From contig CAYVOC010000014.1 in NCBI GenBank assembly GCA_964453345.1, positions 1 through 10,533 of the forward strand: a DNA stretch of 10,533 bases, given 5' to 3'. A model generated the notes under the pieces. The model had not been told where the DNA came from, searched no databases, and worked only from the letters and a program-made list of their open reading frames with translations. Source of the DNA: an uncultured Aquificales bacterium. GTDB taxonomy: Bacteria; Thermosulfidibacterota; Thermosulfidibacteria; Thermosulfidibacterales; Thermosulfidibacteraceae. Positions within the stretch are counted from its first letter, which is position 1; every line of letters starts with the position of its first letter. The translations under genes were made by a program, and so were the position numbers. Below are positions 1 through 7,251 of the stretch, piece by piece.

Positions 1-1310
1 CCGTATCTTTCGGCTTTGAATCGTAGCAGGTCTTCGTCTATGCCGAGTATGAGGGAGGCCTTTTTGAGGTCTCCCTTTGCTTCTTCAAGTGCTTTTTTTA
101 TGAGCATCTTTTCCAGTTGATCCACGGACAGATCTGACACACTTTCCTCTTTTCGTTGCCTTCTTGGTTCTATGAAGAGATCATCCTTTGTGATTTCCGG
201 GCCTTGGGACAGGATGACGGCCCTTTCTATGACATTTTCAAGTTCCCTTACGTTGCCGGGCCAGTGGTAGTTCAGGAGTTCCTCTTTTGCGTCCTCTGAA
301 AGACTCAGCTTTTTTGAGTATATGCCGCAGTATTTTTCCACGAAGTATTCTGCAAGGGGGATGATCTCTTCCCTGCGTTCCCTCAAGGGGGGGAGTTTTA
401 CCGGAAGCACCGCTATCCTGTAGTATAGATCTTCTCTGAATTTGCCTTCTTCAACCAGCCTTTGCAGATCCCTGTTGGTGGCGGCTATTATCCTCACATC
501 CACCTTCTTGGGGGCCTTGCCGCCGAGCCTTTCAACCTCCTTTTCCTGTAGCACCCTCAGCAGCTTGGCCTGAAGTGCCAAGGGCATGTCTCCTATCTCG
601 TCAAGAAAGAGGGTTCCCTTGTCTGCAAGCTCAAACTTGCCCTCCTTTGCCGCTGTTGCACCGGTGAAGGCGCCCTTTTCGTATCCGAAAAGTTCGCTCT
701 CAAGCAGACTTTCTGGGATGGCGGCGCAGTTTACGGCAACGAATCTCCCTTTTCTTCCGCTTTTTATGTGTATGTATCTTGCCACAAGCTCCTTTCCCGT
801 TCCGCTTTCGCCCTCTATCAGGACGGTGGCGGGTGATGGGGCTATGCGGTCGAGGGTTTCCATTATCTTCTGCATCTTGTCGGAGAACCAGACTATCTCC
901 TTTGCCGGTGCATCCTTGAGGCTGGGCTTTGTGGTTTTTCCTCTGGACAGCTTTGTCCTGTATCTTATGGCCCTTGCCACAAGCTCCTCTATAAGCTCAA
1001 CGGGGAAGGGCTTTAGGATGAAGTCGAAGGCCCCTTCCTTCATGGCCTCAACCGCCACAGGCACCGTTCCGTAGGCGGTTATGAAGATGAAGGGGGCCTC
1101 CGTTAGCTTTTTGGCCTTTTTGAAGAACTCAAGCCCGCTCATGCCGGGCATCTTCAGATCCGTTATGACAACGTCAAAGGCGCTCTTCTTTAGCTGCTCA
1201 AGTCCAGTCAATCCATCCGGTGCGGCGGACACAGCATACTTGCGGGAGAGAACCTCTATTAGCGCCTCTCTCATGCGCGGATCATCGTCAACGATCAGCA
1301 CCCTTTTCAA
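1..1310 (-). CDS. Sigma54-dependent NtrC-family response regulator (receiver + AAA+ + Fis-type HTH); 3' end truncated by the window edge
   Basis: Manual translation from TTG at 1310, which overlaps the carB TGA (TTGA) and has GGGAGGT upstream. Receiver: [10 protein letters not shown]...[15 protein letters not shown]...FITAYG...[11 protein letters not shown]+: Walker [35 protein letters not shown], Walker [45 protein letters not shown]-terminal Fis-like [18 protein letters not shown]. Frame is open to base 1. Confidence 0.96.
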   Translation of the reverse strand, partial: MKRVLIVDDDPRMREALIEVLSRKYAVSAAPDGLTGLEQLKKSAFDVVITDLKMPGMSGLEFFKKAKKLTEAPFIFITAYGTVPVAVEAMKEGAFDFILKPFPVELIEELVARAIRYRTKLSRGKTTKPSLKDAPAKEIVWFSDKMQKIMETLDRIAPSPATVLIEGESGTGKELVARYIHIKSGRKGRFVAVNCAAIPESLLESELFGYEKGAFTGATAAKEGKFELADKGTLFLDEIGDMPLALQAKLLRVLQEKEVERLGGKAPKKVDVRIIAATNRDLQRLVEEGKFREDLYYRIAVLPVKLPPLRERREEIIPLAEYFVEKYCGIYSKKLSLSEDAKEELLNYHWPGNVRELENVIERAVILSQGPEITKDDLFIEPRRQRKEESVSDLSVDQLEKMLIKKALEEAKGDLKKASLILGIDEDLLRFKAERY

Positions 1311-4300
1311 TGGGAAACCACCTCCCTGTGATACTCCTGTATGGGCTTGACGGTTATGGTTCCCCTGATCCTCGCTTCAATTCCTCTTACAGCGGCCGAT
1401 GCCCCCGCTATGGTGGTGAAGTAGGGGATGCCGTAGGTGAGGGCTGTGCGCCGTATGATGTAGGAGTCCTTCCTGGCCTTGCCGCCGTAGGTGGTGTTTA
1501 TGACCATCTGAATCTCACCGTTTTTCATGTGGTCAACCACATGGGGCCTTCCCTCGTGGACCTTGTAAACCACCTCCACATCTATCCCGTTCTTCTTCAG
1601 GTATTCGGCGGTGCCGCGGGTTGCAACCACCCTGAAGCCCAAGGATTTTAGCCTTTTCACTATGTCAACCACCTGGGGCTTGTCCTTGTCCCTGACGCTT
1701 ACAAAGACGCAGCCCGAAAGGGGAAGGCTGTTTCCGGCGGCCTCCTGGGCCTTGAAATAGGCTATGGGAAACTCCCTGTCTATGCCCATGACTTCGCCTG
1801 TGCTCTTCATCTCAGGTCCAAGCACCACATCCACCCCGGGGAACTTTATGAAGGGGAAGACCGCCTCCTTCACACCCACATGTCTCAGCTCAAGCTCCTT
1901 AGGAAGGCCAAAGTCCTTCAGGGTCTTGCCCAGCATGATCTTGGTCGCCACCTTGGCGAGGGGGATTCCTATCACCTTGCTCACAAAGGGAACGGTTCTT
2001 GAGGCCCTCGGGTTCACCTCAAGAACGTAAATTTCACCGTTTTTAATGGCGTATTGTATGTTGATAAGACCCACAACGTTCAGCTCCAAGGCGAGCTTTC
2101 TGGTCTGCTCCTTGAGTTCCTCTATGATCTCTTTGCTCAAGGAGAAGGGGGGAAGGGAGCATGCCGAGTCTCCTGAATGAACGCCGGCTTCCTCTATGTG
2201 CTCCATGATGCCCGCCACAAACACATCTTTGCCGTCTGCCACGGCATCCACGTCTATCTCGATGGCGTCTTCAAGGAACTTGTCTATCAGAACAGGGTGC
2301 TCGAAGGAGGCCTCAACCGCGTGGGTCATGTAGTATCTCAGCTCCTCATCGCTGTAAACTATCTCCATGGCCCTTCCGCCGAGCACATAAGAAGGCCTTA
2401 CGAGCACCGGATACCCTATTTTCCGGGCTATTCTTATGGCCTCTTCCGTTGAGGTGGCGGTCCCGTTAGGGGGCTGCTTCAGGCCAAGTTTTTGCAACAA
2501 CGCCCTGAAGCGTTCCCTGTCCTCGGCCCTGTCAATGCTGTCGGGGCTTGTTCCCAGTATGGGCACTCCCTCCCTCTCTAAGAAGGTTGAAAGCTTCAGA
2601 GGGGTCTGGCCGCCAAACTGGAGGATAACCCCCTTGGGCTTCACATCGTCTATGATGCTCATGACGTCCTCGAAGGTTAGAGGCTCAAAGAAGAGCACAT
2701 CCGATGTGTCGTAGTCGGTGGAGACGGTTTCGGGGTTGCAGTTCACCATCACCGCCTCATAGCCCATCTCCTTTATGGCAAAGACCGAGTGGACGCAGCA
2801 GTAGTCAAACTCTATGCCCTGACCGATCCTGTTGGGACCGCCTCCAAGAATAACCACCCTCTCCCTTTTGGCGGGCGGGACCTCGTTCTCCCTCTCGTAG
2901 GTGGAGTAGAAGTAGGGGGTGTATGCCTCAAACTCGGCGGCGCAGGTGTCAACGCTCTTGAAGACGGGCCTTATTCCCAGCTCAAGCCTCTTGTCCCTGA
3001 CGTCCTTTTCGTCCACGCCCCAGATATCGGCAAGGTATCTGTCGGAAAAGCCCATCTGTTTCAGCTTCTTCAAATATTCGGCATCGACATCTGCAAAGGA
3101 GACGCCCTTTATGCGCTCTTCCTCGTCCACAATCTCCTTGATCTGGTGGAGGAACCAGCGGTCAATCTTGGTGAGATCATACACCTTCTCAAGATCCATC
3201 CCTGCTCTGAAGGCGCAGGCTATATACCAGAGCCTGTTCCAGGTGGGGTGCTTGAGGTTATACTCTATCCTCTCAAGGTCCCAGGAGCCGTCATCTTTGA
3301 GGGCGTCCTTTTCAACCACAAATCCGTATCTATCTATCTCAAGGGAGCGGATGGCCTTGTGTATGGCTTCTTTAAAGGTTCTGCCTATGGCCATCACCTC
3401 TCCCACGGACTTCATCTGGGTGGTGAGGATGGGGTCCGCCTCCGGGAACTTTTCAAAGGTGAACCTGGGGATCTTCACCACGCAGTAGTCTATGGTGGGT
3501 TCAAAACAGGCGGGGGTCTTTTTGGTTATGTCGTTGGGGATCTCATCAAGGGTGTAGCCCACGGCAAGCTTTGCTGCGATCTTGGCTATGGGGAATCCGG
3601 TCGCCTTTGAGGCAAGGGCCGATGAGCGGGAGACCCTGGGGTTCATCTCTATCACCACCATGCGGCCGTTTTCGGGGTTCACGGCGAACTGTATGTTGGA
3701 GCCTCCCGTTTCAACGCCTATCTCCCTGATTATGGCGATGGCCGCATCCCTCATGAGCTGGTATTCCTTGTCGGTGAGGGTCTGGATGGGGGCAACGGTT
3801 ATGGAGTCCCCCGTGTGTATTCCCATGGGGTCAAAGTTCTCTATGGAGCAGATGATAACCACATTGTCCGCAAGGTCCCTCATCACCTCAAGCTCAAACT
3901 CCTTCCACCCTAAGACAGATTCCTCCACAAGCACTTCATGAAAGGGGGATGCGTTCAGTCCCCACTCAATCGCCTGTATGTATTCCTCCATGTTGTAGGC
4001 GACAGAGCCTCCCGTTCCTCCGAGGGTGAAGGAGGGCCTGATGATGACGGGAAAGCCTATCTCCTTTATGGCTTTCTTTGCTTCCTCGAGGGAGCGGACG
4101 TAGCTGCTTTTGGGGACCTCAAGGCCGATGTTCTCCATGGCCTTTTTGAAAAGCTCTCTGTCCTCGGCCTTCTTTATGGCGTCAAGCTTGGCCCCTATCA
4201 GCTCCACCCCGTAGCGCTCAAGTATTCCCTCCTCTCCCAGGGCAACGGCCAGGTTCAGGGCAGTTTGCCCGCCGAGGGTGGGAAGAAGGGCGTCCGGGCG

Positions 4301-4543
4301 TTCCTTGGCGATCACCTTCTCCAGCACCTCCACGGTCAAGGGCTCAATGTAGGTTTTGTCCGCCATCTCGGGGTCTGTCATGATGGTTGCGGGGTTGCTG
4401 TTGACAAGCACAACCTCAAAGCCTTCCTGCTTGAGCACCTTGCAGGCCTGGGTGCCGGAGTAATCAAATTCACAAGCCTGGCCTATAACGATGGGACCTG
4501 ATCCGATGATAAGTATCTTTTTGATGTCGGTCCTTTTCGGCAT
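1307..4543 (-). CDS. carB: Carbamoyl-phosphate synthase large subunit
   Basis: 1078 aa; N-terminus [34 protein letters not shown]; two ATP-grasp halves (RPSFTLGG / [27 protein letters not shown] / [16 protein letters not shown]); C-terminal MGS-like domain (ATRGTA, VINT). Confidence 0.99.
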   Translation of the reverse strand: MPKRTDIKKILIIGSGPIVIGQACEFDYSGTQACKVLKQEGFEVVLVNSNPATIMTDPEMADKTYIEPLTVEVLEKVIAKERPDALLPTLGGQTALNLAVALGEEGILERYGVELIGAKLDAIKKAEDRELFKKAMENIGLEVPKSSYVRSLEEAKKAIKEIGFPVIIRPSFTLGGTGGSVAYNMEEYIQAIEWGLNASPFHEVLVEESVLGWKEFELEVMRDLADNVVIICSIENFDPMGIHTGDSITVAPIQTLTDKEYQLMRDAAIAIIREIGVETGGSNIQFAVNPENGRMVVIEMNPRVSRSSALASKATGFPIAKIAAKLAVGYTLDEIPNDITKKTPACFEPTIDYCVVKIPRFTFEKFPEADPILTTQMKSVGEVMAIGRTFKEAIHKAIRSLEIDRYGFVVEKDALKDDGSWDLERIEYNLKHPTWNRLWYIACAFRAGMDLEKVYDLTKIDRWFLHQIKEIVDEEERIKGVSFADVDAEYLKKLKQMGFSDRYLADIWGVDEKDVRDKRLELGIRPVFKSVDTCAAEFEAYTPYFYSTYERENEVPPAKRERVVILGGGPNRIGQGIEFDYCCVHSVFAIKEMGYEAVMVNCNPETVSTDYDTSDVLFFEPLTFEDVMSIIDDVKPKGVILQFGGQTPLKLSTFLEREGVPILGTSPDSIDRAEDRERFRALLQKLGLKQPPNGTATSTEEAIRIARKIGYPVLVRPSYVLGGRAMEIVYSDEELRYYMTHAVEASFEHPVLIDKFLEDAIEIDVDAVADGKDVFVAGIMEHIEEAGVHSGDSACSLPPFSLSKEIIEELKEQTRKLALELNVVGLINIQYAIKNGEIYVLEVNPRASRTVPFVSKVIGIPLAKVATKIMLGKTLKDFGLPKELELRHVGVKEAVFPFIKFPGVDVVLGPEMKSTGEVMGIDREFPIAYFKAQEAAGNSLPLSGCVFVSVRDKDKPQVVDIVKRLKSLGFRVVATRGTAEYLKKNGIDVEVVYKVHEGRPHVVDHMKNGEIQMVINTTYGGKARKDSYIIRRTALTYGIPYFTTIAGASAAVRGIEARIRGTITVKPIQEYHREVVSH

Positions 4544-4564
4544 ACCTCACCCCCTTGGGGGGCA

Positions 4565-4593
4565 AGATTAGCAAAAGGGAAGGATAACCTCAA
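4565..4593 (-). promoter_or_regulatory. Putative sigma70-type promoter for carB
   Basis: Minus strand TTGAGG (4593-4588), 17-bp spacer ending in TGC (extended -10), TAATCT (4570-4565); 21 nt separate the -10 from the carB ATG. Confidence 0.5.
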
Positions 4594-4607
4594 TCCTGTG
4601 GGGGAGG

Positions 4608-4916
4608 CTATTCGTTTTCAAGCTCCTGCAGCTCTTTGCTGATGTCTTCGGCCTTCTTGCTTCTTAGGAGTATCTCTTTGGCCAGGCGCTTTTCGTAGCA
4701 GGCCCTTCTAAGAACGGCCCTCATCTCGTCAGGGTTGATGTTTAAGGCATCGCAGCACATCTCAAATTTCAGAATGCATGGCCAGTTGGGATCGAATATC
4801 CACTTGTAGGCGGTGATCCACTCCTGGGTTCTCTTCCTGTCCTCGGCTATGGGCTTGAGCAGATCTATAACGGCCCTTTCAAGGACGGCTTCTGCGAACC
4901 TTTTGAATCTCTTCAT
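4608..4916 (-). CDS. Hypothetical cytoplasmic protein, ~102 aa, 4 Cys, possibly a small helical DNA-binding protein
   Basis: ATG at 4916 is preceded by GGGGAGGG; the track's TTG start at 4979 coincides with a TTGACA -35 box and is unlikely. The pattern AVLERAVIDL...AYKWI...FEMCCDALNINPDEMRAVL resembles, from memory, a family of uncharacterised small proteins. Confidence 0.75.
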   Translation of the reverse strand: MKRFKRFAEAVLERAVIDLLKPIAEDRKRTQEWITAYKWIFDPNWPCILKFEMCCDALNINPDEMRAVLRRACYEKRLAKEILLRSKKAEDISKELQELENE

Positions 4917-4951
4917 AACACATTCCCTCCCCGGCAGGACTGCGTTTATAA

Positions 4952-4979
4952 AATTTAGGGTGGAGCCTGCGGGTGTCAA
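4952..4979 (-). promoter_or_regulatory. Putative sigma70-type internal promoter for the 102-aa gene
   Basis: Perfect TTGACA (4979-4974), 16-bp spacer, TAAATT (4957-4952). Confidence 0.55.
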
Positions 4980-4997
4980 GTTGGGAATGTATTGTTT

Positions 4998-5555
4998 TTA
5001 AAGATCTTGTATTGCCTCTGTATTTATTTTGACTCTGTAAACTTTCATGAGTTTTTCAATGTATGCGTTAAGCGCCTTCAGTTTGCTTATCTCCTTTATG
5101 TATCCTTCGATGTTTTTAGGTGGTATTTTGCTTTTGAGATTCTCATGGGTGTAAATGAGCCATTTGTTCTTTGATGCCTCTTTTCTTGCTAATGGACCAA
5201 CCTCCTTTTCCACGGTTGCTTCTATTGCCATTATCCTGAAGAAGGCCTGCTTGATCTTATCGCATCTGGCTTTGTCTATGTGTTCTGATCTGCACTTGTG
5301 CTCTATGTATTCTTTCGTTCTTTCCCAGTTTCTCTGAAACTCTGGATCTTCTGTAATCTTAATGTCCCGGGCTCTTTTCAAGATCAGTTTGTCGGATAGG
5401 CAGTTCATCAATACTTCCATTTTCTCATCGTAGCTTTCTGGGTAGTGTCCGTAGATTCTGTAAAAGGTTTTTTTGTAGGGTTCTACATCTTTTTTGCTTA
5501 TTACCAGTCCGTTGCCCTGTGCAAATATGAGGGTTAGCACAACCAACCAGACCAT
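4998..5555 (-). CDS. SurA/PrsA N-terminal-domain-like exported or membrane-anchored protein with no parvulin PPIase domain (putative chaperone)
   Basis: GGGAGG RBS; short hydrophobic N-terminus; AQGNGLVISKKDV (cf. A-x-VNG-x-x-IT-x-x-D), LSDKLILKRARDIKITEDPEFQR, and C-terminal YIEKLMKVYRVKINTEAI match the scaffold of PpiC/PrsA-type foldases; no parvulin motif. Confidence 0.65.
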   Translation of the reverse strand: MVWLVVLTLIFAQGNGLVISKKDVEPYKKTFYRIYGHYPESYDEKMEVLMNCLSDKLILKRARDIKITEDPEFQRNWERTKEYIEHKCRSEHIDKARCDKIKQAFFRIMAIEATVEKEVGPLARKEASKNKWLIYTHENLKSKIPPKNIEGYIKEISKLKALNAYIEKLMKVYRVKINTEAIQDL

Positions 5556-5579
5556 TTTGCCTCCCTGTTATTTGGGGTT

Positions 5580-5604
5580 GGGGTAGGGGAGGGACCCCCA
5601 CCCC
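5580..5604 (-). other. GC-rich 10-bp stem-loop right after the cytochrome stop codon (no U-tract; mRNA-stabilising or pause hairpin)
   Basis: Minus strand GGGGTGGGGG-TCCCT-CCCCTACCCC (one G-U pair), 6 nt after TAA, followed by AACCCCAAAT rather than poly-U. Confidence 0.6.
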
Positions 5605-5610
5605 TCTGGC

Positions 5611-7209
5611 TTAGTGGAACCTTCTGAGTTTTCTGAGCTTCTCTTCGTATTCCTTGATCCAGGACACGTATTTCGCCGACTTTTCAGGTCCCAACCTCGG
5701 TGCCACTGAAGATTCCACCCATTCCACAAACTCCTGGGAGACCCTCATGAAGCCTTCCCACCAGATGTAACCGGGGGCTGTGTGGTAAAGCATTATCATG
5801 GTGGGTCTGACGGCCATGGCTCCTATGTTCCTGATTTTTATGTGGTCTATGGGAGTATACACGCCGGCCTTTTTCAGTTCCTCTCCGATTTCGAAGGCCA
5901 TCTTTCTTATGTGGGCCAGCATGTATATTACGCTGTCGGCCGAGAGGAAGAAGTTGCCAACCCACTGTTTGGAGTGGCACTGGTTGCACATGGCCATGGC
6001 GCGCTTTCTGTTCTTCAACCCATCGGATGGATATTTTATTTCTACGAGCTTGGCTCCCGGCGTGCCGGGTTTGACGAATCTTACTCCGTAGTTGGGGTCA
6101 ACCTTTATCCAGACCCTCTTGAGCACGGGATGATACTGCCCCTTCTTTCTTATGAAGGTGGTCTTCCATGCACCGAACTTCCACATGGATATGCAGGCCA
6201 CATCGTGATTGGGCTGGTATATCATCCTATCCCCTTTATACACCGCTCCCATGTGACAGGTTGCGCAGGTGGGACCGAAGTAGTCTTTGCCGGGTTTTGC
6301 GAAGGCCTTTTCGTAGTTGGACTTGTATTTTGTGGAGTAGTAGATCGCTCCGTGCATGCTTCTCAGGTATCCCTCAAAGTTGGGGTGATCTTCGGACTCG
6401 TGGCATCTGCCGCATGTGTGGGGACTTCTTGCCACGGCGAGGTCAAAGGAGTGGGCCGGGTGGCAGGAAGCGCAGTTTCCGAAACTTCCATCGGGGTTGA
6501 CCCTTCCGGCACCGCCTGTGGGATATGTTTCCGGGTAGAACTGAACCCTGGTTTTGGTTTTTCTCTTTATCTTTACGGTGGCTCCGTGGCACCACAGGCA
6601 TCCCCAGTCTGCGAATATCTGTATGACATCCTTGACGGCCTTTTGAGGCTTATCGCATCCTACAGGCCAGCTTCCCCAGGCGAGGGCAGGATCCTTTTTG
6701 AGATCTTCCCAATACCAGTCTACGATGGCCTTTCCCTTGTAGATGATGGGCTTCTTGCCGTATGTCACAACCTTACCCACCTCTTTTACGAGTCCTTTGT
6801 TGAAGTTCCAGGGAACCCACCCGAGGACCGAGGCCGCAATATTCCAGTAGGATCCTCCTCCAATGGCGCTTGCACCCTGGGCAATCAAGCCGGATTTTGC
6901 GTGGATGGAATTTTCGTATTCTTCCACCACTCCCGGATGGCATCTCGAGCACTGCTTGGGGGTGACCAGCGTGGAGATGGTGAATCCCATGTGCTTGTAG
7001 GCTGCCGGGTTGGATGGGTCTGTTCCGTGGCATTCAAAGCATCCCACCCCCTTTTTGAAGTGCTTGGACTTCTGCCACTCCACCACTATGAAGGATGTGT
7101 GCTTTTTGTGGCATGCGACGCATTTTTCGGATTCCCTTGTGAAGCCGCCCCATGCCGGGCTTATGAGGAAGGTTAATAATACTGATGTTATAAACCATTT
7201 CACCTTCAT
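5611..7209 (-). CDS. Secreted octaheme cytochrome c, hydroxylamine oxidoreductase (HAO)-like family
   Basis: Sec-type signal peptide (MKVKWFITSVLLTFLISPAWG); 8 CxxCH motifs at residues 30, 57, 87, 204, 246, 266, 315, 408; HAO-family signatures GRVNPDGSFGNCASCHPAHSF...ARSPHTCGRCH-ESE-DHP, SMHG, PTCATCHM, APGYIWWEG; RBS GGGAGGGGG. Confidence 0.93.
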   Translation of the reverse strand: MKVKWFITSVLLTFLISPAWGGFTRESEKCVACHKKHTSFIVVEWQKSKHFKKGVGCFECHGTDPSNPAAYKHMGFTISTLVTPKQCSRCHPGVVEEYENSIHAKSGLIAQGASAIGGGSYWNIAASVLGWVPWNFNKGLVKEVGKVVTYGKKPIIYKGKAIVDWYWEDLKKDPALAWGSWPVGCDKPQKAVKDVIQIFADWGCLWCHGATVKIKRKTKTRVQFYPETYPTGGAGRVNPDGSFGNCASCHPAHSFDLAVARSPHTCGRCHESEDHPNFEGYLRSMHGAIYYSTKYKSNYEKAFAKPGKDYFGPTCATCHMGAVYKGDRMIYQPNHDVACISMWKFGAWKTTFIRKKGQYHPVLKRVWIKVDPNYGVRFVKPGTPGAKLVEIKYPSDGLKNRKRAMAMCNQCHSKQWVGNFFLSADSVIYMLAHIRKMAFEIGEELKKAGVYTPIDHIKIRNIGAMAVRPTMIMLYHTAPGYIWWEGFMRVSQEFVEWVESSVAPRLGPEKSAKYVSWIKEYEEKLRKLRRFH

Positions 7210-7222
7210 GATACCCCCTCCC

Positions 7223-7250
7223 TAAAGTGAATGTTATCCCCTTCACATTA
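7223..7250. promoter_or_regulatory. Operator-like inverted repeat between the cytochrome promoter -10 and its RBS
   Basis: TAAAGTGAA-N10-TTCACATTA, 8 of 9 arm positions complementary. Confidence 0.5.
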
Positions 7251-7251
7251 A

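Noticed and set aside
586-4501. Multiple plus-strand ORFs (e.g. 586-1074, 1220-1651, 2789-3610, 3938-4501)
   Set aside because: Antisense shadows of the NtrC-family gene and carB, which carry clear conserved motifs.
5580-5604. Classical rho-independent terminator call for the post-cytochrome hairpin
   Set aside because: No U-tract follows the stem on either strand; kept only as a stem-loop.
5975-5988. TGGCAC-TGG-TTGCA, resembling a sigma54 -24/-12 promoter
   Set aside because: The spacer is 3 nt rather than the required 5, and the sequence is just the antisense of the CNQCH codons.
5782-7176. 464-aa plus-strand ORF opposite the cytochrome
   Set aside because: It is in codon register with the octaheme gene, so it stays open simply because the sense gene avoids TTA/CTA/TCA codons; no recognisable motifs.
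5611-7209. Calling the cytochrome a nitrifier-type HaoA, hydrazine dehydrogenase or NrfA/ONR
   Set aside because: Trp appears to occupy the cross-link Tyr position, no nitrifier or anammox partner genes are present, and there is no CxxCK motif.
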